This document shows, one piece after another, positions 47,001-58,869 of a stretch of 64,000 nt of DNA; positions within the stretch are counted from its first letter, which is position 1, and each line of letters begins with the position of its first letter. Source of the DNA: Bispira polyomma. Its lineage: Eukaryota. The notes under the pieces are model-generated. The model searched no databases. It worked only from the letters and a program-made list of their open reading frames with translations, and was not told where the DNA came from. The DNA lies in contig OZ287753.1 in the NCBI GenBank assembly GCA_965649765.1, positions 77,872,001-77,936,000 of the forward strand. Direction: 5' to 3'. Both the position numbers and the translations under genes were made by a program.

Positions 47001-49302
47001 GACCAGATCTTACCAGTTTATGACGAGTTTATACCCATACCAGATCAGATCAAAGCAGTTCATCACACATTCATGTAACATTCGCTTCAGATTACACTAA
47101 ATTACACCAGTTCTGGCCAGATCACACGAGTTCTAAGCAGTTTAAGCCCTGTTTACACAAGTTCTTAAGCCCTGTTTATGACCTGTTTATGCTCCGACCA
47201 CACCTCTCATCTCTAGACGGCTGTGGCAATGTAAACGCCCTTATCACACTGCCGCTACTAGTTTTTATGGCTTTAATTTGGGGATAAACCACTTCAAAAC
47301 ATTTTTAGATCAATAAAACTCCACTTATGACAGTTCTGTTTGAGACTGAATTGCTCAAGAACAGAAACCAAAAACCGGAAAGATAGTAATGACCACACTT
47401 CAAATTATTCCTCAATTAAAAAAATCCACTTCTCACAATTGTCGTTTCTTTTGTAACCCTACATAAGCCACGTTCGACTGGTAGGAAAGATACTTATCTT
47501 ATTTAATCTAAAAGAAGGGTAAGTATCTCTAACCGTTCGTCTGGTCAATATTCAAAAAAAGATAAGTACCAAAGTTATACACATATCTCGGTGGTTAACT
47601 TTCTAAACAAACCACGTGACTGCCTTGAAAATATAAGGTTTTGATAGGTTTTAGTAGAGAGCACTCTGAAGTTTTAACTTCCATATAAGGATATTTAGTT
47701 GTCTTTGATTTTCGACTAGGCAACCACCATGTATTACGTTTTATATAATGATGATAATATAATTTAATATGCCCTTAAATGTACACAGATTTGCGTGAAT
47801 ACTTATATTATATGGCTGCATTATTAATCAAATAGGTTAGCATTTCGAAAAGTATTGTTTTTTTTTGTAGAATATTGCTATATTGCCCATTATGTACATG
47901 GTATACTTTGAGTCTGTTCTTCGCCAATTTCCATTTGCCTCCGGTTATAGATACTTATTTTTCCTGTGCGACTGCTAGCAAAATAGTTAAGTATCTCTGT
48001 CACTGCGCAGGTAGGCCGAGTTTGCAGATAAGTATCTGTAACCCTACCAGTAGAACAGCCAAATAGACTCACTTTTGGTGAGAGGAACCATGTCATCTGG
48101 TCTGTCTGCCACATCTAAACCACCCATCTTGAAAAGGTAGCCTGGAGAGGGTGCAGCGGGGAAACCCCAGCCGATAGCAATGTTAGTGGTCCGTTCAAAG
48201 TATCGCAGACAGAAAAGATATAATATCTATATTAAAAAAAAAAAAACAAAGATAAAAAAACAATCATATTAAATTTGTGGAAAGAAGATTTAGCAACACT
48301 GTAATATACCATATTACATTGCACTTTTTAATCCTCAATAAACTATTGTCAAAAAAATGGTGGAACTGCAATGTTAAATATAAATACAAAGAAGACGGGG
48401 AAACATTCAAGGGAATTACGCAGCCCACACTTATGCTTGCCCACTATCTTGGGACCAAACAGGTAGTTATGAATGAGGCTAAACTCTGGAATTCACTGGA
48501 CAGGCAGAACTGTACCGTAGAATTGTTCCAAAATTAGAGACACACAGTAGGCGTAAGTTCATTTGCTGTTCTGACTGTATATTTTGTTTCCTTGAGTAAA
48601 TGCAACTTTTGTGTGACTTTGCCTCCTTTTTTGCAATAATTTGTAGGTAATCCATTCGATCTGAATCTACTGCAGAGCTACGTTCTGAGAAAGATCAAAA
48701 GATTACTGAACGGGTTACGACTCAGTGCATTTGACAACCGAATCCTATGAACTATGAATCTAGGTTTGACGGATTGTGTTTGTGAAATATTCCCAGTATT
48801 GAGGAGATGTTTAGGGGGAATTAGAACATACCTGCATTATTAAGGCAGTTACAAGGAAGCCTGTCAAGTGTTGAACCACCGCACTCAACAACAATCCGGC
48901 CGAGGAGTCATGCCCAGTGAAGTGCATGGCAATCTGATTCCAGTTCACTTTCGCCATAATGACGGAGATGAAGAAAAGCACCACGAACACTGCCCGTGCG
49001 ATAATATAAGGAAGCAGAAACTTGGCTCGCCGTTCACGTGTCTCCCACTTGATGCAATCGTAGATGAGCTTGGCACCGGCACAATGTGACGTCAGGCAGA
49101 ACACGGCCACAGCCATGACAAACTGCAGGGAGCCTACGGGCAGGGACGTGTCCTCTATTGCATTGTGTGTACGAAGATTGGACACTGCCAGGGAACTGGC
49201 AATAACAACGGACACATTCTCCACCAACAGAACAATCTCGGCTACCAGAAGGAAGACCGCCAAACGGCGGCGAGCCTTTTCTGTAAAATTAAGCTTACAC
49301 AT
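35059..49302 (-). CDS. Peripherin-2/ROM1-like four-TM protein lacking the EC2 loop, with a long disordered and polybasic Gly/Lys/Arg C-terminal tail (about 891 aa long form; about 367 aa if the 26-nt exon is included)
   Basis: Exons (minus): 49302-48832, 48226-48073, 46312-46157, 45683-45579 (weak AAG acceptor), 44232-44062, [42949-42924, 26 nt], 42784-42716, 39731-39675, 38612-38556, 37157-37098, 36434-35059. Matches to recalled PRPH2: KLNFTEKARRRLA vs KVKFDQKKRVKLA; GAKLIYDC..FLLPY vs AGKICYDA..WLKPY; LRYF..PSPGYLF vs LRYL..ESQGWLL. The TM part and the tail part are each well supported; their linkage in one mRNA is inferred from phase-1 continuity. Confidence 0.75.
37165..37500. repeat. Minisatellite, about 60-bp unit x6
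   Basis: aaataagacactggtagattgtaactacaccctagctgggacagcatcaagtgtagt is repeated; this explains ORFs 37072..37347 and 37101..37553. Confidence 0.9.
38820..39150 (-). repeat. Inverted 1-2 monomer relative of the 142-bp satellite
   Basis: aaatcgctctatct..cagaaattcaagatggctgccaaaat..ccctgtgggtcgaaaatgag is the reverse complement of the satellite monomer. Confidence 0.75.
39785..40130 (-). mobile_element. SINE with Deu/Nin-like domain (related fragment at about 32090-32290 +)
   Basis: ctcagctccctcagggagcatac, caggtacccattgatacacctgggtagagagg, ccttgtccaagggtac, and a tRNA-like head ..ccctaaccattagaccac. It is flanked by agatag on both sides and absent from the paralogous duplicated block at about 38660. 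Confidence 0.7.
40301..41717. mobile_element. Non-autonomous hAT-like DNA transposon, 1417 bp
   Basis: TIRs tagtggtgtcatcac and gcgatgtcaccacta, with a perfect 8-bp TSD tacagcat (40293-40300 and 41718-41725). Confidence 0.85.
43380..43680 (-). mobile_element. SINE-like element with an internal tandem duplication of about 108 bp
   Basis: tttagcctgccactgggaggatgggacccaaagacagagaacaa occurs twice; tRNA-like end gggatcgaac..ttacccactgggccac. Confidence 0.55.
44600..45340 (-). mobile_element. 3' fragment of an L1/Tx1-like LINE
   Basis: KRFYKILNK..KNIWKAEL..WQQALKTCFKTIQDNYLI*FEYRILHRILGT is typical of the region before the C-terminal zinc finger in Tx1-like ORF2. Confidence 0.7.
46875..47240. 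mobile_element. Non-autonomous relative of the Harbinger element
   Basis: ccagttctggccagatcacacgagttctaagcagtttaagccctgtttacacaagtt is nearly identical to 14335-14392. Confidence 0.65.
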
Positions 49303-49590
49303 GGTTTATATATATAATTGTCTTTAATATTAAACGGGATCCGTTATATTATGTCACCATTTTCGTTTTGTTTGTTTCTGTTTGTGTCCGTTGTTTTCAT
49401 CTGTTTCCGTTTCTAGAGGAGTTTGACCTAGTTACAAACTATGACGTCATTCATGTGTTGTGTACAAGACGTCATAATAGGTTGGTTCGTATTTGCATAG
49501 TGACCTATTTAAACGTCACAAATGACGTAATAATCTTCGGCAAACTGAAGGATTAGTTTTATTACGTCGTCACCATATACAAACAGTTAA

Positions 49591-50467
49591 GGCTTTAGTA
49601 ACGTAAACACAAAAGACGATCGCGGATAACCACGTTATGTGTGCTTGAGCTTCTCAGAAACTGCACAACTTTTTCTTTGTGGCCTTAAACTCGATTTATG
49701 GATAACATATTTACATTTTCATGGGTGGAAATAATAAAGCATGACATCTATTTTAATTATATACTAATTCATATATTTTATGTGTCATTTTAATACATAT
49801 TTTCAGACATACAATGCATATAGTAGTGTGTAAAATTGTAACTAAAATGGGTAATATTTTCAATGTACATGCTTCACAAACGTGACACAATTCATATACC
49901 AAGCAGGGATCAATACTGAAGTATTGTACATGACTAGAAAAAGGAAAACATCAGCATTATTTTGAATGAATTCGTTTTTTAATTAAAGCACAAAAACTGG
50001 CTTATTTTAGAAAAACATTAAAGTTACACTCTTCTTAACAGAAAGATGTTTTATATTCTTTGTTTTTATAAAATAAGGAAACATATTGAAAAATGTAAAT
50101 CACTAGAAATAATATACATGTTCTATAAAGTTGTGTAACATATGTCTTGTGCTGATATAGGCTGGATCAATACTCGTATTATGTCACAATAGACAGGGCT
50201 CTCTCCGAGACTTGTTTACAAATATGACGTTCTACATAGATTTTCAAATTGTGTGACGTCACAACACAAGGATTGTTATATGGGTGTTTTTATAGTTTTG
50301 AAGCATATTATTAACCTTTTGAATTGTCTGGATACATAAAAATGGTTAAAATCCTTACTAAAGTGTACTTTTAAAGTCCTCATAGTTGATATATACAGTA
50401 GAAATGGCTCTCGTAAAAATAGCATGCTTTATTCCCGGCCCGTTTATGTGTTTACGTTACTAAAACC
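49591..50467. mobile_element. Kolobok-like non-autonomous DNA transposon (TTAA TSD), 877 bp
   Basis: ttaa|ggctttagtaacgtaaacaca ... tgtgtttacgttactaaaacc|ttaa; 21-bp TIR with one mismatch and purine-purine termini. Confidence 0.75.
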
Positions 50468-52603
50468 TTAATTTGGTGATACCGTATGTAGAATTTGTAA
50501 TGTCGAAAACACTGCGTGTACAAAAAATATTGACCTAAATGTGTAGATGAACGCAGTTTATCCTGCAAAACATTAATTGTGTCACTTGCACAAATATTCT
50601 ATAGCAGTCTACATTTTTTTAGCAATAGCCAATGTATTTTTTTTCTCAGAACCACTACACCCGTGGACATTGATTGGAACGATTTTTAAATAGATAATAA
50701 ATCAATATACCCACGTTCATATGTGTTTATATAATTTAGCCAGATTTTAGTTTTACTTCCAGATGCTTACTGTGTCTAGTAACTTTAGAAACGTGTATTA
50801 GAGCCTTGCAATTTTTATGTTCTTAGCATATGCATACATGCTGTGGAAATAAATCAACTGCACTGATCAAAGTCGAGCTTTGGCTTTGGGTTCATGATCA
50901 ACCTAGTGGTGTTAAGATCAGTTTTTCTTTATAGATAGTATTTTTGGAAATTCAATTTCAGTCGTTCAGTCGAGTTTTATGACCCATATAAATAGCGATT
51001 TTTTAAATTCTTTATCTCAATATATCAACTTTAGTATTGCTTTTTCACTGTTGAAATATACGTTATAAGCTTACAGGGAATTTGAATAAGTTTTCACCTT
51101 CAGCTGAAACACAAAAGTTAAAGTGGGAGACCCAATTTGTTATGTTTCTGAGACAACTTTATCTGGAAATGTTGTGTTGTATTGTACATACTTAATTTTT
51201 CATTTTTAGTGCACATTATTGGTGCAAGGCATGTTCTAAAGCGCAACAACAGAATCAATTCAGCAATCGAGAAGTTCATAGCACATATATATTTCGAATT
51301 TTTTAGGAAAAAGACAAACTGCCCTCAGCATTGAATATTTAGATAAATATTTTTGCATTAAAAAAACAAACAAAACATATTTGGAAAAGAAACCTTTCAG
51401 TTACCATTTACCATTTCAGCAGAACCGTTTTATCAAAGTTTTCAATACAAGATTTTAAGAGTGTTAAATTCTAAAGTTAATTGTTATAAATGGAAATTAG
51501 CAGAGAATCCAAATTGTAATTCATGCATGATGAGGAGATAGGTTTTTAGTTTTCTCCTGAACACATAAAATGTTTCTATCGGTCTAAGCTCAACAGGGAG
51601 ATTATTCCATAACAAAGGGGCAGCAATTGATGATTTTCTGTCTCATGCGCCTTAGAATCTGCTAGCACAGAGATAAGTGCTATAAAAGTTAGGATAGATT
51701 AGATTTGATAAAAGAGAAACGAGGGAAGGGTTTGTGGCTTGAATATAATCGAAATGCCGAAGTTTTCTACTTTTACATACACTTGTTTTCTTTTACTTGA
51801 AATGTCTTAGTTAATGGGTTTCAATGGATTTTAATCTTTTTAAAACATTCAGAAAGTATATCATTTTATGTTTTAGGACATATGCCTTTACATTTTTAGC
51901 TTCAATATTCACAGAGTGAGATAGTACAATTTAAGGTTTTCTCAATGTAGACTCCACACAGAACGTATATTGAATAGTAGTATCAATGGTAATGCTTTGG
52001 CTCCTATGAAGCTCTTTTTATGTATATGACAGAGTTTGTCAAATGAAAATAAAATGGCGTGGTTTGTTGTTGCAAGTAAAAATAAGTTATAAATTCTCCC
52101 ACTTTTGTTGTTATTTCTTTGGATGTGGGGGGGGGGGGGGATGTATAGGGAGGGAACTCAGGGTGGTAATCAAATTTAAAGACATAGGTTTTAAGTTTCT
52201 CCTAAACCCAGAAAGTGTTTCTAGTGATCTAAGCTAAACTGGGAGACTATTTCATGGCATATATAGGGGCAGCGATTAAGAAAACTCTAGATCCAGCCAT
52301 CTTGGTCGGTATAACCGAAAAAAAAAGTCGCTTTCCTTTTCTGCAGTTACTAAAGGAAAGACAAGCAGCAAAGTAGGACGGCTGTTGTGGGACAACAGTC
52401 TTGAAAGTGGTGAGATGTATTTCAAACAGAATTTGATAATGAATGGGAATATAATCTTTGTAACTAAGTTTACAGGAAGGTTCATTGATGTAACATTAAA
52501 AGTCAAAATAGGTTCCACAGATGATCTTGCAAAATTCTGCCACATGCCAATTATAATTACTTCCACCGAGGAGCTTGTATTTTGCTTGTGCCTGTTGGTG
52601 CGT

Positions 52604-55600
52604 CTATTTGTCATCCGGGTTACCCTGCTTATACTCGACCTGTTTACATTAACTTTGGTATTGGTGGTGGTGATGGGGGGTGTGGGTGGGGTTGTATGGC
52701 CCAAAGAAGGTAGTGGTGGGAGGGTTGTATGGCCCAAAGAAGGTAGTGGTGGTGGGGGGGGGGGTTGGTCCAAAGAAGGTAGTGGTGGGGGGGTTGTATG
52801 GTCCAAAGAAGGTAGTGGTGGTGGGGGGGGGGGGGGGTTGTATGGTCCAAAGAAGGTAGTGGTGGGGGGGTTGTATGGTCCAAAGAAGGTAGTGGTGGGG
52901 GGGTTGTATGGTCCAAAGAAGGTAGTGGTGGGGAGTTGTATGGTCCAAGAAGAATCCATTCCATTTTGGAGCTGATGTGGGAAAATGGGCACATCCAAAA
53001 CAATTTTTTAACTCTTTGGCACTGAGACATTTTAGCATTCTTTACTATCATGACTTTGAATTGTTCCTGCTTGAAGAGTATAACTGTATGCCCATTGGGG
53101 GCTTGAGTTTTGTTTAATAAAATATAATAAAATGCAAATCAATTTATACATTTATTTCAACTTTTACTATCTTGTAGAAATGCGTCAAGTCTCTGTAGCT
53201 TTCCTAAACACTGTCAGCATTTTTCTGTCAGTCTAAAACTTGTGGAAAAATGCAGATAATACATCCTTACCACTATTTTTCAACTACAAAAGACAAGCAA
53301 AAAAATTGGTATAAAGATTTCATTTAGAGCATATAGTTAATACATCACATTCAGCAGGAAATTAAACTGAAATTTTTTGGGTCTTACTATGTGCCAGACA
53401 AAAACATCTTGCTGGTACTTACTAGATTATATATATTTTAACTGTTGATTAGTTTAACGTTAAAATTGATACAGATGTAAGTTTTTGTTCGGCTTAAATT
53501 TCCACTATAGGTGAACTTTAAAAGGGATAACAGAATAAATTTAACTTTAAAATTTAAACTTTATAGTTTAAAAGCAATGTCTATAGTGTTTGTAAATGTG
53601 TAATAGACTACATTTTAACCCTTTTAAGTCGAACCTCAATGGATCATTAGAAATACCTCTACTAAAGCAAGATTTCCACTTAACAGGGTAGAGTTTTAAA
53701 GAAAAAACTTTTGTGGGGACTACCAATTTTTCCCCACATTACAGGAGAAATTGACTTAACAGAGTTCTACTTAAAGGGGTTCAACTGTGTATAATCATTT
53801 TTCCACTTGCCTGTATTTTGGGGTTAACGTGCTGACATTCCTCTGGTGTTTCAAACACGCTCTCATCTGCAATACCTTCTTTAAATCCATGGAAGGTGGA
53901 GTACCAGGAATAGGCTGTAATCGGTAACATATAAATGGTGAGCTTTTTTTATCATTTACAGTATAGAACCTCTCTTCTCTGGGCCTCTGTATTACCACAA
54001 TAGTCAACTCAAGTTCACTCTCCCAAGATTTAGTTTTATACTTTAGGTACCATGATACACTGCTTAGTCTACCCAATGCCCCTTTGCAAATAGCAGTCTA
54101 GATACAAGTTCCAGCTTTCGTGGGTTTCTGACACCTCTATTACTCAGTCAACCCAATGTCACTTTACTACAAATTACGGCTTATTTACAAATCTCAGATT
54201 CTTCCACCTCCATTACTTAGTCTATCCAATGTCATGTTACTACAATTTGCGTTATACCTACAAATCTCAGATTCTTCCGCTTCCGCTACTTAGTCAATCA
54301 AATTCCCATTAACATAGTGCAGCCTACTTACAAATCTCAGTTTCTGGAGTCTTCCGCTTAGTTAACCCAAAATGTCAACGTGCAATTTATCACCTACTGT
54401 TAAGTTTCTGGAGTCAGTGACAAGTCTACTATTAGTTAGTCTATCCAAAGTCCCTTTACAAATTGAGGCCTACTTAAAATACTTAAAAGTTTCTGTAACC
54501 TCTACTACTATTTGATCTACCCAAGTGTCGCTTAATAATATTGCAGTCTGCTAACGCATCTCAGTCTCTCGCACCTCCACCATTAGGCCAACAATTAACG
54601 TCCCTTGACAAACTTAAGGTCTACTTACAAATCTCCGTTTCTGGACTTTCCGACACCTCCACTCTTCTCATGGTAAAAGTAACACAGTCCTCGGTCACTC
54701 TCATGTGGAAGGAGTCACTCTGCCTCTCCATGGGAATCTCATAGGACTGTAGCTCAAGAGATGCTCCGGATACACCCGCGTAGTAGCTGTTGGTATGCTC
54801 TGCATCAGCTGTGAACAGTGTAAAACCTCTATTGTCACAAGAAGGGTATTTATGTAGAGCTTGGGCCATGGTCACAAACATTCTAACAATACCAGAACTT
54901 CCTTAGTCTCAGCCAATCCAATATGGTCAGCAAGTCAAATTGCTCGAGACAAAATGAATTGAACAATATAAGAAGCTTTGTGAATACCAGCCCAGATTAT
55001 GTGGGAATTTATGTTAAATACAATGGAACCTCTATTTTTCACAACATGTTGGGAGAGTAAGAATATTGCCAGGGTTATAGAAGCTTTGAAGTATAAAACA
55101 ATAGGGAAATATGTAAATAAATAAATATTAAGAAAACAACAGTTTGGAAAACATAAGTTATATATGCTGTATTCCTGTTATTGAAATCATTAAACAAAAA
55201 TAGAGCATATTTTGTGCTTTTCCCAAAAAAGATTCAAACAAAAATAAAGCATATTTTGTGCTTTTCCAAACAGTACAAATTTAAAAGGAATATTACTAAA
55301 GCCTCAGTCTTTAGCCGAGTTGATATTTGACCCAATTTTGTGTACCTAGTACAATATTAAAGATATTAAAATTACACCTGTAAAGTTTCACATTTAAACA
55401 AAGCATACTCTCTGGAAAAAATTTAAAAATGTGAACACAAATAAGGACTCTGAACCATACACTTCATATACAGCTGCTTTCTCAAGTGATTTCCCAGCTC
55501 AGATTTCTCAGCTCAGATTCCCCCCCCCCCCCCCTCTCAACATTAGGGTCACCCTAACCTAAGGATGTTGGGCTGTTTTTCATACCTAAGGTTACCTTAA

Positions 55601-58600
55601 CTTAAGGGTTTTGAATCTCTGTATTTTTACTTGCTACTACCACTAAACTACTGAATATATTTACACAATTTGTATAAGCTGTATATATGTATAATACTAA
55701 AAAGACATTATACAAACATAAACTAAATAGAAAGCTGTTGCTTTCTCAAGTTTGCTTAAGTATACATTTGAGTTTTATATTATTTTATGGCCAGTCCTTA
55801 CAGAAAGGATTACACAGTGGAACCTCGATTATCCTAAAATAGTTGGAGAGTAATATTTGGTTTGGCTAATAAAAGCTTTATAAAATAGAAGTGGCATATA
55901 TTTATACAAAACAATTACAGGGGTGGACAGCTTAGCGGACAGTAGCTTAAAATGTATACAGTTTATCCATTTATCAAGTAATCTGACCAATTTTAGATAC
56001 AAGCTTTTTAAATACAACAAATTTTATGTTTTAAGTTACTGTCCGCTATCTCTGTCCCGTCCGCTAAGCTGTCCACCCCTGTAATTGTTTTGTAGGAAGA
56101 CAACAATTTAGGAGACTAGAACTGGATTCATGAGGTCCAATATTCAGATAATAGAAGTTAAGATACTAGAAGCTCTACTGTATGTGGTTTAGTTTTGCAT
56201 TTTTTAAACATTGCTTTCACCACTTCTTGTACATTTTAATCTATTACCTAAACCTATCCTTAATTCTATCCCCAGTGACAGGGTAAAGATCCTTGGGGAC
56301 GTTGATAAATGATATCATCCTCAAGCCTCTCTCTTTAGTTAGGGAAATGACAGTAAAATTATAACAGTTGACTGTTACAGTCAGGAAAATGTTAATTAGC
56401 TCTCTGAGAGCTAGATGTGCAGAGTATGGGCAGAGTATAAATTTGACTATAAATATGGATGGCTTTCACGTGTGTTTAAAAACAGGCCTTTTACTTACGC
56501 GGGAGGCAGGAATCACGCATCTCATGTGTCAACTCAGTAATAGTACAGGCACCTTCCTCCACTTCCATACGTCTCATCTGTAAAATAGTCATATTCGTTT
56601 ATATAGGTCTTCCTTTTTCCTCTTTTTTGATATACACTTTGTGTTTCCTCTGTTAAACCCACCAAGAGGGCTGCATGTAGAGTTTTCTCAATCGCTGCCT
56701 CTATTTGTTATGAAATAGTCCACCTGTTGAGCTTATAGACCACCAGAAACAACTTTTTGGGCTTAAAAAAGCTGATAACCCATATCTTCAAACTCGCCTA
56801 ACGCCCCCCCCTCCCCCCCATAGTTCCCTTCCTGTACACATCCACATTCTTCCTTATGACCTGGTTATGTACTTTTTACTTTTCGATCTTTTTCGGGTAA
56901 TTGGATCTGTTTTTAAAAGATGCCTTACATCAATAAGGCATGTTAAGAATACAAAATACAGTACAAAACAATATGTATGATACTCATTTTGGTAGACAGT
57001 GTTAAATTTTTTCTTTTTTTTTTTTTTTGTTCTTTTATCAACAAGGGTTTGAGGAAGGGTAAGAATCTTCTATTTATTGAAATTAAGAAAAGTTTTTCTA
57101 AAAATATTTCTGGGGTGACAGTGTCTTCTTGGATTAAGCAGACTGTGATTCTCGTTTATCTGGTAAGTACCTGATAAGGAGACTCAACAGGTCAGTTTTG
57201 TAATAGTTCAGGTCAGGTTTGTAATAGTAGTTCTCGTAAAACCCATCTGAGGGATCCAGTGAAATACATCTACTTTGGCTGACCGGTGTAGCGCAAGATA
57301 CTCCCCTAAATTTGTCACACTAGGAAGTCCGTATTTAGCAAAGAATGGATGGGATTCAAACCCACATTGATGAGAGGCCAGTGATTGTAAATAGAATGTT
57401 TCTAACCACTAGGCCACCTCAGATTTGACTTGAAACTTTTGAAGAACATATGACCGTTGATATTACTATAGGGTTTCCTTTAAATTAGTATCTATCAGCT
57501 TACCGTGCTAAAGTTCTCCAGAATCCTGATTGTACTTCTCTTTCCTGTATTTTCATCGTACATTTCAACAAAGCTGGCCAGCCTCTTGCCATCGTAGTCA
57601 TAGTGGATGGAACGGTGGTCCTACAAACAAGAGGCGTCTTTTAAAAAAGACACTGGCACACAGTGTGACTAGCACACACACCTCAAAATGTTTTACAACA
57701 GGATCCGCTTAGCACCCCTCTACAAATATAAATCTGACAACCCTTTACTTTGGCCAGGTCGATTGCTTTCAACCAATCTATGAATATTTACAACATGGCG
57801 GGACCCTGTGCAAAGTCAAAAGCAATATAAAAACTGCGCCTGATAAAAAGACACGCCTCCTTTGGTAGGATATCATAAAGAACAATGGACTGGCTCACAA
57901 GTCTTTGTATTTTTATCCATATCCACCTTGCAGAAAGTCATTATGATTCCACTATGTGAATTGGGCAGGTCTTCTGTGTGTGCAATACTTTTCTCGGCAC
58001 CAGTATCTGTTTTCAAAGTCATACTGCCATCATATAATGCTTGAGAGAAAAGGACTTGAAGGCACTCTAACAGAACAACTGTAGGATAACATTACAGGGC
58101 AACATTTAACCCTTCAACCACAATGTTCTCCATTACAAACTAACGACACTTGTTACTCCCAGTCTGTTGTGTGTGTTTTAGTGACTTCAGCGATCTCTGA
58201 CCTATTGTCGAAAACTTTCCTTTAGTTTTACCAGTGATAGTTTCTCCCAGTCTAAAAAGGATTAATTATAATGCTAAAGATATTCTAAATCTGACATACA
58301 CAAAGATGTTTGCTTGACTTACACAGATGATGAACTGTTTCTTCGTATTGTTTTTTTAAAGTAAAGAGTCGATTTCTGTCATTGCATGGTAGTTTAACTT
58401 TGTTCATCAAATAAATGTATTTCTCTGACTGATGAAAACACACACAGGTCTTCCTTGACTTACATTGACGAGACCTGGCGGGTTTCCTTGTCCAGCATAC
58501 CCCGTTGTGGCTTCCATGCGACCTTCCCACTTGTTGGGACCACAACATCCAATCTCTTGTGCCGTAGCCACGGCTAGGGATAGTGCAATACAGAGAAGAC

Positions 58601-58610
58601 TCAGCATCAT
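52604..58610 (-). CDS. Ependymin-related (EPDR family) secreted protein, about 218-220 aa
   Basis: Exons 58610-58464, 57620-57504, 56577-56499, 54808-54629, 53914-53811, then probably 52639-52604 via a GC donor (otherwise read-through to TGA at 53781). Signal peptide MMLSLLCIALSLAVATA. Family motifs CCGPNKWEG, IHYDYDGKR, SCLPPDA, VTEDCV and FHGFKEGIADESVFETPEEC. The last exon is less certain. Confidence 0.88.
52665..52952. repeat. G-rich minisatellite, about 33-bp unit x8
   Basis: ggttgtatggtccaaagaaggtagtggtggggg is repeated with variable G runs. Confidence 0.9.
54060..54665. repeat. Degenerate tandem array (about 70-bp unit) derived from the EPDR exon 4/intron junction
   Basis: Units ..cttacaaatctc(a/c)g(t/a)ttct..cctcc..tacttagtc.a.ccaatgtc resemble the exon end at 54621-54662. 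Confidence 0.65.
55816..56182. mobile_element. Tc1-like MITE (cagtggaacctc..gctctactgta) with a nested palindromic MITE at about 55904-56094
   Basis: Nested TIRs of about 33 bp: tacaaaacaattacaggggtggacagcttagcggac and gtccgctaagctgtccacccctgtaattgttttgta. Confidence 0.7.
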
Positions 58611-58869
58611 GGCGTGTTCTTAGTTCTACAAAGACAAAAGGTATGCTTACACATGTATTCTAAAAGGCCAGGGGCGATATTCATAAAAGGTCATATAGTC
58701 TTAAGATAGTCTTAAGCTCAAGCATTTTTGGGTTTTGGCTAAAAAGTCCCAGTGAGTTGTAAGAAAATACATTTGCTTGGTGTTAACTTTGTGCTTCACA
58801 CAAAGACTAAACAATAGGCAGTCTTACATATTCCATACATAAACGTCAAGCTTAAAACTAATACCCGTG

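Noticed and set aside
47875-48114. ORFs of 63-74 aa overlapping peripherin-like exon 2, considered as a possible displaced EC2 exon
   Set aside because: They have no CCG or tetraspanin cysteine pattern, lie downstream of TM4 and are in a different frame.
50470-50515. Minus-strand peptide SVFDITNSTYGITK as a candidate last EPDR exon
   Set aside because: The splice phase is wrong, and the true family motif (GIADESVFETPEEC) is at 53914-53811.
52276-53051. Four overlapping ORFs with PTTTFFGPYNP or similar repeats (mucin-like)
   Set aside because: They are translations of a 33-bp minisatellite with frame-breaking variable G runs, open in several frames on both strands.
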